Assembly (NCBI GenBank): GCA_029887765.1
Contig: JARXPF010000001.1
Coordinates: 352,750 to 416,749, forward strand
From: Thermoproteota archaeon
GTDB taxonomy: Archaea > Thermoproteota > Methanomethylicia > Methanomethylicales > Methanomethylicaceae
Direction: 5' to 3'
DNA: 64,000 bases
This document shows positions 1-10,317 of the stretch, piece by piece (within the stretch, counting starts at the first letter, position 1; every line of letters starts with the position of its first letter). Below the pieces are notes generated by a model. That model saw only the letters and a list, made by a program, of their open reading frames with translations, searched no databases and was not told where the DNA came from. Made by a program: the position numbers and the translations under genes.

Positions 1-412
1 CAATTTTATAACCTAAAGAGTCCCAATTTACATACTTTGGTTCTTGTTTAATTAAAAATTCATAAAAAATTGGTAATACAGGAGCCCCCATTTCATTAAA
101 TATTTTAATTCCATTATACTCAGGTGGATTATGACTAGCAGTTATTGCAATACCACCTGTATAATATTGAGAATAGAATGCAATAGCTGGTGTTGGAAGT
201 AAACCCATGAAAATAGAATTTGATCCACCAGCACAAATACCATTAGCCATGGCATTTGCTAATAAAGGAGAAGTTAATCTAACATCATGGCCTATTACAT
301 AATCTCCTTTCTTCCAATTTGAAATAATTAAACCTAATTTAATACAAAGTTCTATAGAAATTTCTTCTAATGCAATTCCTCTTATTCCAGATGTTCCTAT
401 TATACTCTTCAT
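1..412 (-). CDS. Phosphomannomutase/phosphoglucosamine mutase family, N-terminal part (runs off window start)
   Basis: Manual translation from ATG at 412: MKSIIGTSGIRG...GHDVR...PTPA...ITASHNPPEYNGIK (phosphoserine SHNP motif). Confidence 0.88.
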   Translation of the reverse strand, partial: MKSIIGTSGIRGIALEEISIELCIKLGLIISNWKKGDYVIGHDVRLTSPLLANAMANGICAGGSNSIFMGLLPTPAIAFYSQYYTGGIAITASHNPPEYNGIKIFNEMGAPVLPIFYEFLIKQEPKYVNWDSLGYKI

Positions 413-439
413 ATAGAATTATTTAATTTTATATAATAT

Positions 440-1048
440 TTAAGATGTGGGGGCAATGACTAATTGAGGAACTTCAAGAAGTTTACTTTTTCTTATTTCA
501 ACTTTTCTTAAAGGATATATTTTCTTAGCTAAATTATAGATCTCTGAGGCTATTTTCCCTAATACAATTTGTTGAGCTAAATCATCATATAATAATTGTC
601 CATCTTTTTTTGTAATTACTTCTTCCATTATTTTTCTTATCATATGCACTTGAGAAGTTTTTGTTCTTGAAGTAGTAATTGCAATAGCACTTACTCTAAG
701 TTTATAACCATCTTTTGATGATATATTAAAAATACCATCTATACGAGAAGTCCCACGTCTTACTAAACTCCTTAAGTAATCTCTAGCAAGTTCATGACCA
801 TAAAATATTGTATATGCTCTATCACCTTCAACTTTAACAATTTTAAATAATAGTTTTATATAAAGTTGAGAGATATCCTCAGTAATATTATATAAAGTAG
901 TTTCTAACACTCTACCAATTAGTTTTTGTGGATCATCCGCAACTGTTCTACCCACTTCTATATTACCAAAAGATGGTGGAGCTATAACCACATACCACTT
1001 CTTTTGTCGCCATTTATCCTTAAGCTTTGTTGTAGGAGCTTTTGACAT
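440..1048 (-). CDS. rps3ae: 30S ribosomal protein S3Ae (eS1)
   Basis: KDKW..KKWY, GRVLETTL, ELARDYLRSLVRRGTSRID motifs. Confidence 0.96.
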   Translation of the reverse strand: MSKAPTTKLKDKWRQKKWYVVIAPPSFGNIEVGRTVADDPQKLIGRVLETTLYNITEDISQLYIKLLFKIVKVEGDRAYTIFYGHELARDYLRSLVRRGTSRIDGIFNISSKDGYKLRVSAIAITTSRTKTSQVHMIRKIMEEVITKKDGQLLYDDLAQQIVLGKIASEIYNLAKKIYPLRKVEIRKSKLLEVPQLVIAPTS

Positions 1049-1093
1049 TTATATCACCGTAAGCACGAAAATAGTAAAACAATAATATAAGCT

Positions 1094-1342
1094 TTAGCTA
1101 GAGAACTCATTTAAAGCTCTTTCGGCTGCATTGATACATGCTAATAAATCATCAATAGTTCTTAAAAAAGAGGGGATATCAGCAGTAGAATCAATTTTAA
1201 TTATTAAAGAATATTCAAAAAGTTCTAATTTTATTTCTGTATTAGTAGGAGCTTCTTTATTATCTGGTTGAATAGCTTCTTTAATAATTTTTGCAATTTC
1301 TTTAGATGATAATTTTTTTTCAATTACCAGATTTAGACGCAA
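1094..1342 (-). CDS. pcc1: KEOPS complex subunit Pcc1
   Basis: 82 aa, 'AIQPDN' and 'LRTIDDLL' motifs; conserved rps15-DHH-pcc1-rps3ae context. Confidence 0.8.
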   Translation of the reverse strand: MRLNLVIEKKLSSKEIAKIIKEAIQPDNKEAPTNTEIKLELFEYSLIIKIDSTADIPSFLRTIDDLLACINAAERALNEFSS

Positions 1343-2759
1343 TATTCTCTAACTCCTTCTTAATCATATCATTTAAATACATTAAAAAATCATTTTCCTT
1401 TCCTATTGGTATTTGAGCTCCAGCTGCTATATTATGCCCACCACCAATTCCACCAAATTTTTTAGCAGCATCTTTAATTAAAGCACCAAGATTTATGCCC
1501 TTATTTACTAATTCTAACGGTGCTCTTGCTGATACTTTTACAAAACCTGAAGATGTAGAAAATCCTATAATTGGCTTATCTCTTGAAAAAGGTTTAGTAG
1601 TAGATAAAATAGAGATAATTGGAGCTATTAATTTATCATCTATTACTGTTCCCCCATAAATTGCTTGAACATGAGAAAGAATTTTAATAGACTCATTATT
1701 TGAAAGTGCCCAATTGATATAACGAGATATAGTTTTCCTATATTCTTGAATTATTTGTTTTAGTTCTACTAAAGCTTGATTTCTATCTCCTAAACATATA
1801 GAAATACCCAAGCCATATTTACCCATACGCCCACAAGCATTTATTGATGAAGAAAATTCTCTAGCATCACGAAGTGGAGAATCTTCTAATTCATTTGGAA
1901 ATATATATATGGTACCAATAATTTTCTCTGCCTCTTTACTTGGCAATCCAATAGAAATTAGATACTTTATTAATCCACTTATCAAAGTCTTAAGTTCTTC
2001 ACTAGAGAGATCTGATTGAGTTTTCCAACTACCATCAATTTTTCTTGGTTCTATTCCTAAGCTTTTAATAAATTTAAGACATGCACCTTCATCTCCTGTA
2101 AGACCTGGTAAATATGGATCCATTGTACTTGCAAGACATTGTATTAATGGACGAGATTCTGATCCATAAAGTCTTAATCCAAGTTTAGTCTTAAGCAATC
2201 CCTTAGATTCAGCTTCTTGAGATATTTTACTATTTAAACCAATAAAAGCTCCCCTTTCTCCTCTATCTTGTACATCTCCAAGAGCACCTACAATAGCAAG
2301 TTGAGAAAATCTTAAATTATTTTTATCAATTTCCTTAGCTAAAAAATAAGCAATACCTGCTGCTGATATCTCTACTGATCCATCAAAGTAAAAATAATGT
2401 GGATTTATTTCTCCTTCTATTTCATTAGATTCTGGTTGATGATGATCAATTATGAATATTTTCTTATTATTAATGGTATTTATTAAGGATTTTTGACCAC
2501 TACCCATATCAACAAAGAATATATAATCTTTATTTAAATTAGAAATTTCTCTTATTACATTTTCATCCAATTGTTTAACAATTCTTATACAAGGAAAGAG
2601 GCCAAGGTCTATAAGAGTACTAAATATTATGCTTCCAGCTGAAATACCATCAGCATCTAAATGAGATATTATTAAAACTTCCTTATTATTAGGAATATTT
2701 TTTAATAATTCTGCAACATACCTAACTTTATCTAAGAAAGAGGACTCTTGTCCTGGCAA
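1320..2759 (-). CDS. RecJ-like DHH/DHHA1 phosphoesterase
   Basis: HLDADG, DMGSG, IDHH, GDVQD, GGGHNIAAG motifs; probable TTG start at 2759 after GGGGGA SD (ORF track extends to 2813). Confidence 0.9.
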   Translation of the reverse strand: MPGQESSFLDKVRYVAELLKNIPNNKEVLIISHLDADGISAGSIIFSTLIDLGLFPCIRIVKQLDENVIREISNLNKDYIFFVDMGSGQKSLINTINNKKIFIIDHHQPESNEIEGEINPHYFYFDGSVEISAAGIAYFLAKEIDKNNLRFSQLAIVGALGDVQDRGERGAFIGLNSKISQEAESKGLLKTKLGLRLYGSESRPLIQCLASTMDPYLPGLTGDEGACLKFIKSLGIEPRKIDGSWKTQSDLSSEELKTLISGLIKYLISIGLPSKEAEKIIGTIYIFPNELEDSPLRDAREFSSSINACGRMGKYGLGISICLGDRNQALVELKQIIQEYRKTISRYINWALSNNESIKILSHVQAIYGGTVIDDKLIAPIISILSTTKPFSRDKPIIGFSTSSGFVKVSARAPLELVNKGINLGALIKDAAKKFGGIGGGHNIAAGAQIPIGKENDFLMYLNDMIKKELENIASKSGN

Positions 2760-2770
2760 TGTATCCCCCT

Positions 2771-3217
2771 TTATTTTACTAATATCGATACTTTTTCTGG
2801 AATATACTTCCAAGTTGAAGGTAATTTGCCTACTCTAATATAATATTTTGCAAGTCTCTTTATTTTAGATTCTACTAGTTCAAGACCTCTTTTTGAACTC
2901 ATATCTTTTGGATGTTCTTCTAAATGTCTTCTAATAATACTTGCACGTTTAATTAAATTTGCTAAATCTTCAGGTATTTTTGGAGCTAGTCCTTTTTCTT
3001 CTAATATTTCGCATATCTTCTTTCCAGTTATTTGTTTTACTAAAGGAATGCCATATTGATCTCTAAGAATGAGTCCAATTTGAGAGGGAGGGATACCTTT
3101 TTTTGCTAAATCTACAACTAAAAATTCTACTTCTTCTGGTGAAGATTTGACCCACTTAGGAATACCACCCATAGGTCTAGTGGAATGAGATTTACCTTTT
3201 TCTTTACTCCTCTTCAA
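2771..3217 (-). CDS. rps15: 30S ribosomal protein S15 (uS15)
   Basis: [36 protein letters not shown]. Confidence 0.96.
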   Translation of the reverse strand: MKRSKEKGKSHSTRPMGGIPKWVKSSPEEVEFLVVDLAKKGIPPSQIGLILRDQYGIPLVKQITGKKICEILEEKGLAPKIPEDLANLIKRASIIRRHLEEHPKDMSSKRGLELVESKIKRLAKYYIRVGKLPSTWKYIPEKVSILVK

Positions 3218-3259
3218 ATATTTTCACCCAAGTAAGCAAGTAAAAATATAAACTATTAT

Positions 3260-3868
3260 TTAAGGTTTAGCAATATTATTAATGTACCATTCACCAAATT
3301 TTCTAAAAGCTTTTCCACGATGGGAAAATCTATCTTTTTCTTCAGGTAGCATTTCTGAAAATGTTAAACCATTTCCAGATTTTGGAATAAATATGGGATC
3401 AAAACCAAAACCACTACTTCCACGAATTTCTAAAGAAATTTCTCCATAAGTTATACCTTCAAATATGATTGGTTTATAACCAGGTTGACAATATGAAACA
3501 ACACACTTAAATATAGCTGTTCTATCATTAATTCCATTCATTAATTTTAATATACCTTTACAACCCAATTTATTATAAACATAGGAAGAAAAAGGTCCTG
3601 GAAAACCATTTAATGATTTTATAAAAAGTCCAGAATCTTCTACAACAATTGGTTTTAAAATTTTATTTGCAGCATAAATTGAGGCATATTTCGCTATTTT
3701 TCTAAGAGAGTTTGATTGAATTTCTATTTTAGTAAAATTTAATTTTATCATCTCTATTCCTAATGGTGAAAGTATACGATTTGCTTCATTTACTTTATGA
3801 TCATTATTTGTAATAAAAAGTATTTTATGAGTGCCTACCAACATATCTCCCTCTTCTTCTAATTTCAT
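3260..3868 (-). CDS. rdgB: Non-canonical purine NTP pyrophosphatase (RdgB/HAM1)
   Basis: VEDSGL, GFPGPFS, GFGFDPIF, SHRGKA motifs. Confidence 0.93.
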   Translation of the reverse strand: MKLEEEGDMLVGTHKILFITNNDHKVNEANRILSPLGIEMIKLNFTKIEIQSNSLRKIAKYASIYAANKILKPIVVEDSGLFIKSLNGFPGPFSSYVYNKLGCKGILKLMNGINDRTAIFKCVVSYCQPGYKPIIFEGITYGEISLEIRGSSGFGFDPIFIPKSGNGLTFSEMLPEEKDRFSHRGKAFRKFGEWYINNIAKP

Positions 3869-4466
3869 CCACTCTTTTTAATATATCATTAGCTTCTTCA
3901 CCCATAATACTTTTATAACCTATTATGAAATTTTCATAAGCTAAATTTGAATACATATAATGTGAACTTTCTAAAGCCCTTCTCATTAAATGTATATCAA
4001 CTCCTCTTGCTTCAATATCATAAGTATATTCACTAAGTCCAAAATCTATAAAAAAAATTCTATTTTTTTGAAGTAACATATTAGATGTAGTAAGATCGCC
4101 ATGAATAATTCCTCCTTTATGAAGTAAACCCACTAATCTTCCAATTTCTATGAATAATTCTTTTAACTTTTCATTACTCATATTTATAATTATATTTTTT
4201 AATGGAGGCCCTGGAATATAACTCATAACTATTTCAGTATCATCAAGATTAACATCATAAACAATAGGTGTAGGAATTCCAAGAGCTCTTGCATTTGTTA
4301 ACGATCTTGCTTCAATACTAGTTCTAGTAATACGTATATACTTATCTAAATCAGGATTTCTATATGGTTTAGTTATCCTACGCTTAATAACGACTTCTCT
4401 TTCCATCCAAAATCCTTTATAAAGTTCAGCTTCTGCTCCTTTTTTTATTAATATCATTTTCTCCAT
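3825..4466 (-). CDS. bud32: KEOPS kinase Bud32
   Basis: GAEAELY, IHGDLTTSN, IDFGL, RRRGRY. Confidence 0.95.
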   Translation of the reverse strand: MEKMILIKKGAEAELYKGFWMEREVVIKRRITKPYRNPDLDKYIRITRTSIEARSLTNARALGIPTPIVYDVNLDDTEIVMSYIPGPPLKNIIINMSNEKLKELFIEIGRLVGLLHKGGIIHGDLTTSNMLLQKNRIFFIDFGLSEYTYDIEARGVDIHLMRRALESSHYMYSNLAYENFIIGYKSIMGEEANDILKRVDEIRRRGRYVGRHS

Positions 4467-5434
4467 GGTATTTCTACCTCATCTAAACGCCATTTTGGTC
4501 TTATGTAGCTTAATTCTATTGGTATTGTAACTTTTTCTTTAAAAGCCAAGTATCCAGTCCATGCAATCATAGCACCATTATCTCCAGCTAATTCAGGTGG
4601 AACTACATAAAATCTAGCTGAATGTTCTTCACAAACTGCTTTCAATATTTTTTGTAAACGTAAACTTCTAGCAACTCCACCAGTTAATAATAATGAAGAT
4701 TTTTCAGTATGGGCCAATGCCCTCTCAGCAACTTCTGCAAGCATACCATAAGCTACTTCTAATAGACTCATGCTTAAATCATATGGATCAACTTGTCCAA
4801 TTTTTCTTATAGCAGTAGTTAATAAACCAGAATAGGAAACATCTTGTCCTTTTACTACATATGGGAGAGGAATAAAATTCTTACCTTTTTCTGCCATGGC
4901 CTCAAGTTTAGGAACTCCTGGATGTGATAAACCAAGATGTCTAGCAAATACATCAAGACAATTGCCCAAAGCTATATCTAAAGTTTCTCCAAAAACTCTA
5001 TAACGTCCATCTGAAAATGCAGCTACTATAGTATTACCTCCAGATACATATACAACAAGTGGATCTTCTTCTTTAGTTACAAGACGACCTATTTCAATGT
5101 GAGCTACACAATGATTTACAGGTATTAATGGTTTATTTAATAATAAAGCAAGAGCTCTAGCAATAGTTGCACCAGTTCTTAAGCATGGACCTAAACCAGG
5201 ACCTAAAGATATAGCAATAGCATCAATTTCATTAATACTTATTCCTGCTTCTTCTAAAGCTTTTCTTATTGTTAATGGAGCTTTAATTGAATGATGCTGA
5301 CTTGCTTCTCTAGGATGTATTCCGCCTGATGGAGGGATATATTCTGATTTTACATTTGCTAATATTTCTCCATCAGAATTTACAATACCACAACCAAAAG
5401 TGTGTGCAGTTGATTCTATGCCAAATATATTCAT
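4454..5434 (-). CDS. kae1: KEOPS t6A synthase Kae1/TsaD
   Basis: GIESTAHT, GGIHPREA, VNHCVAHIE, GETLDIALGN, DNGAMIA. Confidence 0.97.
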   Translation of the reverse strand: MNIFGIESTAHTFGCGIVNSDGEILANVKSEYIPPSGGIHPREASQHHSIKAPLTIRKALEEAGISINEIDAIAISLGPGLGPCLRTGATIARALALLLNKPLIPVNHCVAHIEIGRLVTKEEDPLVVYVSGGNTIVAAFSDGRYRVFGETLDIALGNCLDVFARHLGLSHPGVPKLEAMAEKGKNFIPLPYVVKGQDVSYSGLLTTAIRKIGQVDPYDLSMSLLEVAYGMLAEVAERALAHTEKSSLLLTGGVARSLRLQKILKAVCEEHSARFYVVPPELAGDNGAMIAWTGYLAFKEKVTIPIELSYIRPKWRLDEVEIPWRK

Positions 5435-5437
5435 AGT

Positions 5438-5608
5438 TCATCTTATAAATATCGTATAGCCACAATATCCACAAGCCCATCTTGGATTTGGTTTTAAATG
5501 CTTTGCCATAAATCTTCCACATCTTGCACAAACTTTATTTTTTGGCTTTATAGTACGAGTTGAATAATCATATTCATACATATCACATGCTCTAGTTTTT
5601 TTTGCCAT
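5438..5608 (-). CDS. rps27ae: 30S ribosomal protein S27ae (eS31); not in ORF track
   Basis: Manual translation MAKKTRACDMYEYDYSTRTIKPKNKVCARCGRFMAKHLKPNPRWACGYCGYTIFIR (56 aa, C4 zinc ribbon); between rps24e and kae1. Confidence 0.93.
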   Translation of the reverse strand: MAKKTRACDMYEYDYSTRTIKPKNKVCARCGRFMAKHLKPNPRWACGYCGYTIFIR

Positions 5609-5618
5609 TATATATCAC

Positions 5619-5924
5619 CTATTTTTGTTCTTCTGAATTTCTCTGTTGTATATATTTTGGTTCTATTTGTTTACCACGCTCTGCATCTTTATAAATATGA
5701 ACTCTACAAATTGATCTATTTGTACCAAAGGAAGTAATACAACTTCTAACATATATACAATCAATTGGTACTTTAAAAATTGTAGCAAGTGCTTTTCTAA
5801 GTTCAACTCTTTTTGGAGTAGTTTTACTAATAATTTCTAAAGTTAATTCTCTTCTTTCTATCAATGGATTGTACCTATCTTCTATAATGGAAAATTGGCT
5901 CTCTTCAATGGACATTAATATCAC
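5619..5924 (-). CDS. rps24e: 30S ribosomal protein S24e
   Basis: NPLIERRE, TPKR, TSFG, HIY...EPKYI. Confidence 0.92.
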   Translation of the reverse strand: MILMSIEESQFSIIEDRYNPLIERRELTLEIISKTTPKRVELRKALATIFKVPIDCIYVRSCITSFGTNRSICRVHIYKDAERGKQIEPKYIQQRNSEEQK

Positions 5925-6045
5925 TCTTGTAAAGGAAAATACATTCCCCTTTTTTAGTTTATCGTTAAAAATCCAAATTGAGAAATATAAATGTTAGTAA
6001 ATAAAATTTAAATTTTTCAGTAAAATAACCAAAAGATTTAAATTA

Positions 6046-7329
6046 TTGATGGATAAAAAATTAAGTTCTAAAAAGGTGAGAGGTTTGGCTGAAAAAAATC
6101 CCTATCAAATGGCATTAGAACAATTAGACAAATGTGCAAAAATAATGAACTTAGATCCAAACATACATGAAATTCTCAAATATCCAAAAAGAGTATTATG
6201 CGTATACATTCCAGTAAAAATGGATGATGGAAGAATAAAGGTATTCAAAGGCTTCAGATCCCAACATAATGATGCATTAGGACCATTTAAAGGCGGTATA
6301 AGGTACCATCCAAATGTTACTATGGATGAAGTAATTGCACTTTCCATGTGGATGACTTGGAAATGTTCAGTTGTAGGATTACCTTATGGAGGAGGAAAAG
6401 GAGGAGTAATTTGCAATCCTAAAGAAATGAGTCTAGGTGAAATTGAGAGACTTTCAAGAGGTTATTTCTATGCAATTTCAAGAATTGTTGGACCTGAAAT
6501 AGACATACCTGCAGGAGATGTGAATACTTCTAGTAGAGAAATGGCATGGTTTATGGATGAATATAGTAAAATAAAAGGATATAATGTTCCAGGAGTTATA
6601 ACTGGCAAGCCAGTACAAATAGGTGGTTCAGAAGGTAGAACAGAATCTACAGGACTAGGTGTAGCAATTGTAGGAAGAGAAGCTGCAAAACGATTAGGTA
6701 TTGATCTTAAAAATGCAAAAGTTATTGTTCAAGGATTTGGAAATGTTGGTTATTATTCTGCTTATTTCATGGAAAAATTGGGTTGTAAAATAGTTGGAGT
6801 GAGTGATTCAAAAGGAGGAGTTTATAACGAAAAAGGCTTTGAAGTAGATGCATTATGGAATTTCAAAGTCAAAAATGGTACAGTAGTAGGATTTCCAAAT
6901 GCTAAAATTTTAACAAATGAAGAAATTCTTGAACAAGAATGTGACATCCTCATACCAGCTGCTCTAGAGAATCAAATAACTGAGAAAAATGCAAATAAAA
7001 TAAAAGCAAAGCTAATTTTAGAAGGAGCAAATGGACCAACTACTCCTGAGGCAGATGAAATACTTTACAAAAGAGGAGTAATGGTAGTGCCAGATATATT
7101 GGCAAACGCTGGTGGAGTAAGTGTATCTTATTTTGAATGGGTTCAGAATTTACAAGGATACTATTGGAGTAAAGATGAGGTATTTGATAAATTAGACAAA
7201 CTCTTAGTAAAAGCATTCAATAAAGTATATGAGACTTATGAAGAATACAAAATAGACATGAGAATGGCAGCATATGTTCGTGCAGTCAGTAGAGTAGTAG
7301 AAGCTATGAAGATAAGAGGCTGGGTTTAA
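6046..7329 (+). CDS. gdhA: Glutamate dehydrogenase (NAD(P)-dependent)
   Basis: GPFKGGIRYHP, PYGGGKGG, VQGFGNVG, EGANGP, PDILANAGGV. Confidence 0.97.
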   Translation: MMDKKLSSKKVRGLAEKNPYQMALEQLDKCAKIMNLDPNIHEILKYPKRVLCVYIPVKMDDGRIKVFKGFRSQHNDALGPFKGGIRYHPNVTMDEVIALSMWMTWKCSVVGLPYGGGKGGVICNPKEMSLGEIERLSRGYFYAISRIVGPEIDIPAGDVNTSSREMAWFMDEYSKIKGYNVPGVITGKPVQIGGSEGRTESTGLGVAIVGREAAKRLGIDLKNAKVIVQGFGNVGYYSAYFMEKLGCKIVGVSDSKGGVYNEKGFEVDALWNFKVKNGTVVGFPNAKILTNEEILEQECDILIPAALENQITEKNANKIKAKLILEGANGPTTPEADEILYKRGVMVVPDILANAGGVSVSYFEWVQNLQGYYWSKDEVFDKLDKLLVKAFNKVYETYEEYKIDMRMAAYVRAVSRVVEAMKIRGWV

Positions 7330-7838
7330 GGAATTTTTTCAAATTTTTCAATTATATCCATTACTTTTTTCTTTATTTCTTCATTAACTATTATTAAAGC
7401 CATTCCCTTGTCTGGTATTCCATATATTACAAAGGAATTTATTGGAGAATATAAAATTGCTGGAAGAGTAAGTAAATCCTCTTCACCTTCTACATAAACA
7501 ATGTGATTTCCTTGAGAATTTAAAAGATTTTTTATAATAGAAATAGCTTCATCTGATATATAACCAGCAGGATTATTTACTATTGCACTTGGAGATAGAT
7601 TTAAACTAAATGGTAAACGTTTAGTTTTTTTATCATAAATTCCTAAATTAGGAATTATGCCAAGACTTAAGAAATGAAAAAGAACAAAATCTCCAATTAC
7701 TACAATTTTTGGTGGAGAATTATTTTTCATTAAATTAATAATTTGTTTTACATTTTCCTCCGGACTGCCTGTTAAAAGTAAACCAAGTGGTTTTGAAAGT
7801 TCAGTTCTCATGCTTTCCGGAAGTTTTAGTTTTCCCAA
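7326..7838 (-). CDS. GTP-dependent dephospho-CoA kinase (DUF359/COG1909)
   Basis: IGD, IYDKKTKR, NPAG, VEGEEDLL, YGIP motifs; follows rpoE/spt4. Confidence 0.88.
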   Translation of the reverse strand: MGKLKLPESMRTELSKPLGLLLTGSPEENVKQIINLMKNNSPPKIVVIGDFVLFHFLSLGIIPNLGIYDKKTKRLPFSLNLSPSAIVNNPAGYISDEAISIIKNLLNSQGNHIVYVEGEEDLLTLPAILYSPINSFVIYGIPDKGMALIIVNEEIKKKVMDIIEKFEKIP

Positions 7839-7848
7839 AAATCTACAC

Positions 7849-8058
7849 CTAACGAACTTTTATAGCATATCTTCCTGGTTTTTTTGCTCCAATTATTTCA
7901 GCTATAGCAGAGGACATATCCAATATAATTACAAGTCCATCCCAATCTTCAGTTATATCAGTTCCTCCACATATAGGACATTTTGTTTCTTGTTCACTAA
8001 GTATATATTTACATTTTCTACATGCAAACTTTGTTGAAGATGGTCTATCTTTTCTCAT
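7849..8058 (-). CDS. spt4: Transcription elongation factor Spt4 (RpoE'')
   Basis: ACRKC...CPICG zinc ribbon, WDGLVII, PGRYAIKV. Confidence 0.95.
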   Translation of the reverse strand: MRKDRPSSTKFACRKCKYILSEQETKCPICGGTDITEDWDGLVIILDMSSAIAEIIGAKKPGRYAIKVR

Positions 8059-8064
8059 ATAGTA

Positions 8065-8637
8065 TCACTTCTTTTGTAATTTTTTAATATCTTCTTCAAT
8101 CCAATTCAAAGCACCTAAGAATGGTTGCCTCATAGTTAATCCTATTTTACTACTTTTTGATTGACCACTACTTAGACTTACAGTAATTATTCTAGCTCTA
8201 ACCATCATTCCTTTTTCTAAGACTCTTTGTGTTTCTTTACCAATAAGTGCTCCTCTTTTTTCATCATATGTTATAAAATCATCAATAATTTGAGAGACAT
8301 GTATAAGTCCATCCATTGGACCAATTCTTACAAATACACCAAAATCAGTAACATCAATTACTTCTCCTTCAATAACTTCTTGAATAGCAGGGATGTATAC
8401 AAGCATATCAAAAGATGCTTTATGGTAAATCCCACCATCCCCAGGAATAATTTTTCCTACATTTGAAACTTTTACATTTAAGACTGCTATTACAGCTCCA
8501 AATTCTCGAGTTACCATACCTTCATATGTAGATCTAAGAACTTCAGCAGCAACTACTTCAAGAGGCATATCAAATTTATCTGGAGGTATTCTAACGATAT
8601 CATTAACCTGTAAAAGCTTGAACATAAATATCACCAA
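8065..8637 (-). CDS. rpoE1: RNA polymerase subunit E' (Rpo7)
   Basis: VRIPP, GDGGIYH, S1 domain FGVFVRIGPMDGLIHVSQ, KIGLTMRQP. Confidence 0.97.
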   Translation of the reverse strand: MVIFMFKLLQVNDIVRIPPDKFDMPLEVVAAEVLRSTYEGMVTREFGAVIAVLNVKVSNVGKIIPGDGGIYHKASFDMLVYIPAIQEVIEGEVIDVTDFGVFVRIGPMDGLIHVSQIIDDFITYDEKRGALIGKETQRVLEKGMMVRARIITVSLSSGQSKSSKIGLTMRQPFLGALNWIEEDIKKLQKK

Positions 8638-8684
8638 TTATGTTTATTTAAAAGAATTTAAAGTTGTATATAAAATTTGATGTT

Positions 8685-9107
8685 TTAAAATTTAGTAATA
8701 ATATCAACCTCAGCAATTAATCTTCCATCCTTTAAATATATTACAGGTAAACCTAGCTCTCTAAGTTTTTTCCTAATACTTGAATCACATGTAGCAATAA
8801 TATACCCCTTATTTTTTGCTAAGAATAATAATTTTTCATCAACATTACCAGAAATAGGAGGATCTGGCTCTAATTCAAATTTTTCACATAGTTTTAATGC
8901 TAATTTTGCATTTCGTTTTTCCTTATTACTTCCTTTAATAGATAGTTTTTCCAATTCTTTTTTTATACTTTCTATAATCACTGGTTTACCAAACCCAAGC
9001 TCCATAATTTGACTTAAAATATCAAATGGCTCTGTTGCAGAATATATGACTATATTTGTGTCAAGAACTACGGGTGGAAGGCTCTTATTGTATATAACCA
9101 TATCCAA
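8685..9107 (-). CDS. PIN-domain protein (COG1412/Fcf1-like)
   Basis: VLDTN, ELEKL, D..LL, IATCD motifs; downstream of aIF2-gamma. Confidence 0.88.
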   Translation of the reverse strand: MDMVIYNKSLPPVVLDTNIVIYSATEPFDILSQIMELGFGKPVIIESIKKELEKLSIKGSNKEKRNAKLALKLCEKFELEPDPPISGNVDEKLLFLAKNKGYIIATCDSSIRKKLRELGLPVIYLKDGRLIAEVDIITKF

Positions 9108-10317
9108 TTAATCTCCATCTACCAGTTATCATTCTACTAATTGCAACTCGCATTCCTGGTTCAGCACAAACAGGACGTTTTAAAGTAAGATAAGCTTCAT
9201 CTCGATGAATAGAAGATACTGTACCAAGTGTTACTGCTGATCCTATAACAAGCATTAAGTTTTCCCTAACTTTTAATTGTTCTACTTTTTGAAGTTCTTT
9301 AGTCCCAACTGCTCTATCTAAGAGATGAAATTTTATAGTTATGTCATTTTGAATTGGAGGCAATGTTCCAGGCTTACCAGCGATATTCCCAACTAATCCA
9401 TCTGCTTTAGTTAATGCAGGATCTAAATAAGTTCCAACTCCTATTAATCCTCCAGGTCCAACTTCTTCTAAATAATGATCTCCTGCCATTAAGCTTGCAA
9501 CATATGTGTATATTGGTTCATAGTAAGTCTTGCCTCCTTGTTCTATCTTAAGTCCAGGGCTTATCTCTAATTCATCTCCTACTTTTAATCTTCCTTGAAT
9601 TAAAGTACCTCCAATTACTCCTCCTTTCAAATCTTTAGGCCTAATTCCTGGTTTATTAACATCAAATGATCTTGCAATATACATTCTTGATGGTTTTGAT
9701 GGATCTCTATATGGAGTTTTTATTCTTTCTTCAATTACTTGAATTAAATAGTCAATATTAGTACCAAAAATAGAAGATATAGGAACTATTGGAGCGTTTT
9801 CTGCAATAGTACCTTTAATAAAAGAAAGAATTTGATTATAATTTTCAATTGCTTTTTTCTTATCTACAGCATCTATCTTACTTTGAACAATTACTATATT
9901 TTTTATTCCTATTATCTCTAAAGCTACAAGATGTTCCCTAGTTTGTGGTTGAGGACATTCTTCATTTGCTGCAATTACTAATATAGCACCATCCATTAAA
10001 GCTGCCCCAGAAAGCATTGTAGCCATTAAACTTTCATGGCCAGGAGCATCTACAAAAGAAACTTTTCTAAGAAAAATTGTTGGTATATTATGTACTGGGC
10101 ATATTTCCTTAGTAGTAAAGCATTCAGGAGGAGGACATTCTGGACATTTTCTAAATGTTGTATCTGCATATCCCAATTTTATAGTAATACCTCTTTTGAG
10201 CTCTTCACTATGACGAGCTGCCCATATACCACTTAAAGCTGCTACAAGTGTAGTTTTTCCATGATCTACATGTCCAGTTAATCCTATATTACATTCTGGC
10301 TGCTTAAAATCAGCCAT
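9085..10317 (-). CDS. eif2g: Translation initiation factor aIF2 gamma
   Basis: GHVDHGKT, RGITIKLGYAD, DAPGHE, QSKID, WRLIGYG. Confidence 0.97.
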   Translation of the reverse strand: MADFKQPECNIGLTGHVDHGKTTLVAALSGIWAARHSEELKRGITIKLGYADTTFRKCPECPPPECFTTKEICPVHNIPTIFLRKVSFVDAPGHESLMATMLSGAALMDGAILVIAANEECPQPQTREHLVALEIIGIKNIVIVQSKIDAVDKKKAIENYNQILSFIKGTIAENAPIVPISSIFGTNIDYLIQVIEERIKTPYRDPSKPSRMYIARSFDVNKPGIRPKDLKGGVIGGTLIQGRLKVGDELEISPGLKIEQGGKTYYEPIYTYVASLMAGDHYLEEVGPGGLIGVGTYLDPALTKADGLVGNIAGKPGTLPPIQNDITIKFHLLDRAVGTKELQKVEQLKVRENLMLVIGSAVTLGTVSSIHRDEAYLTLKRPVCAEPGMRVAISRMITGRWRLIGYGYIQ

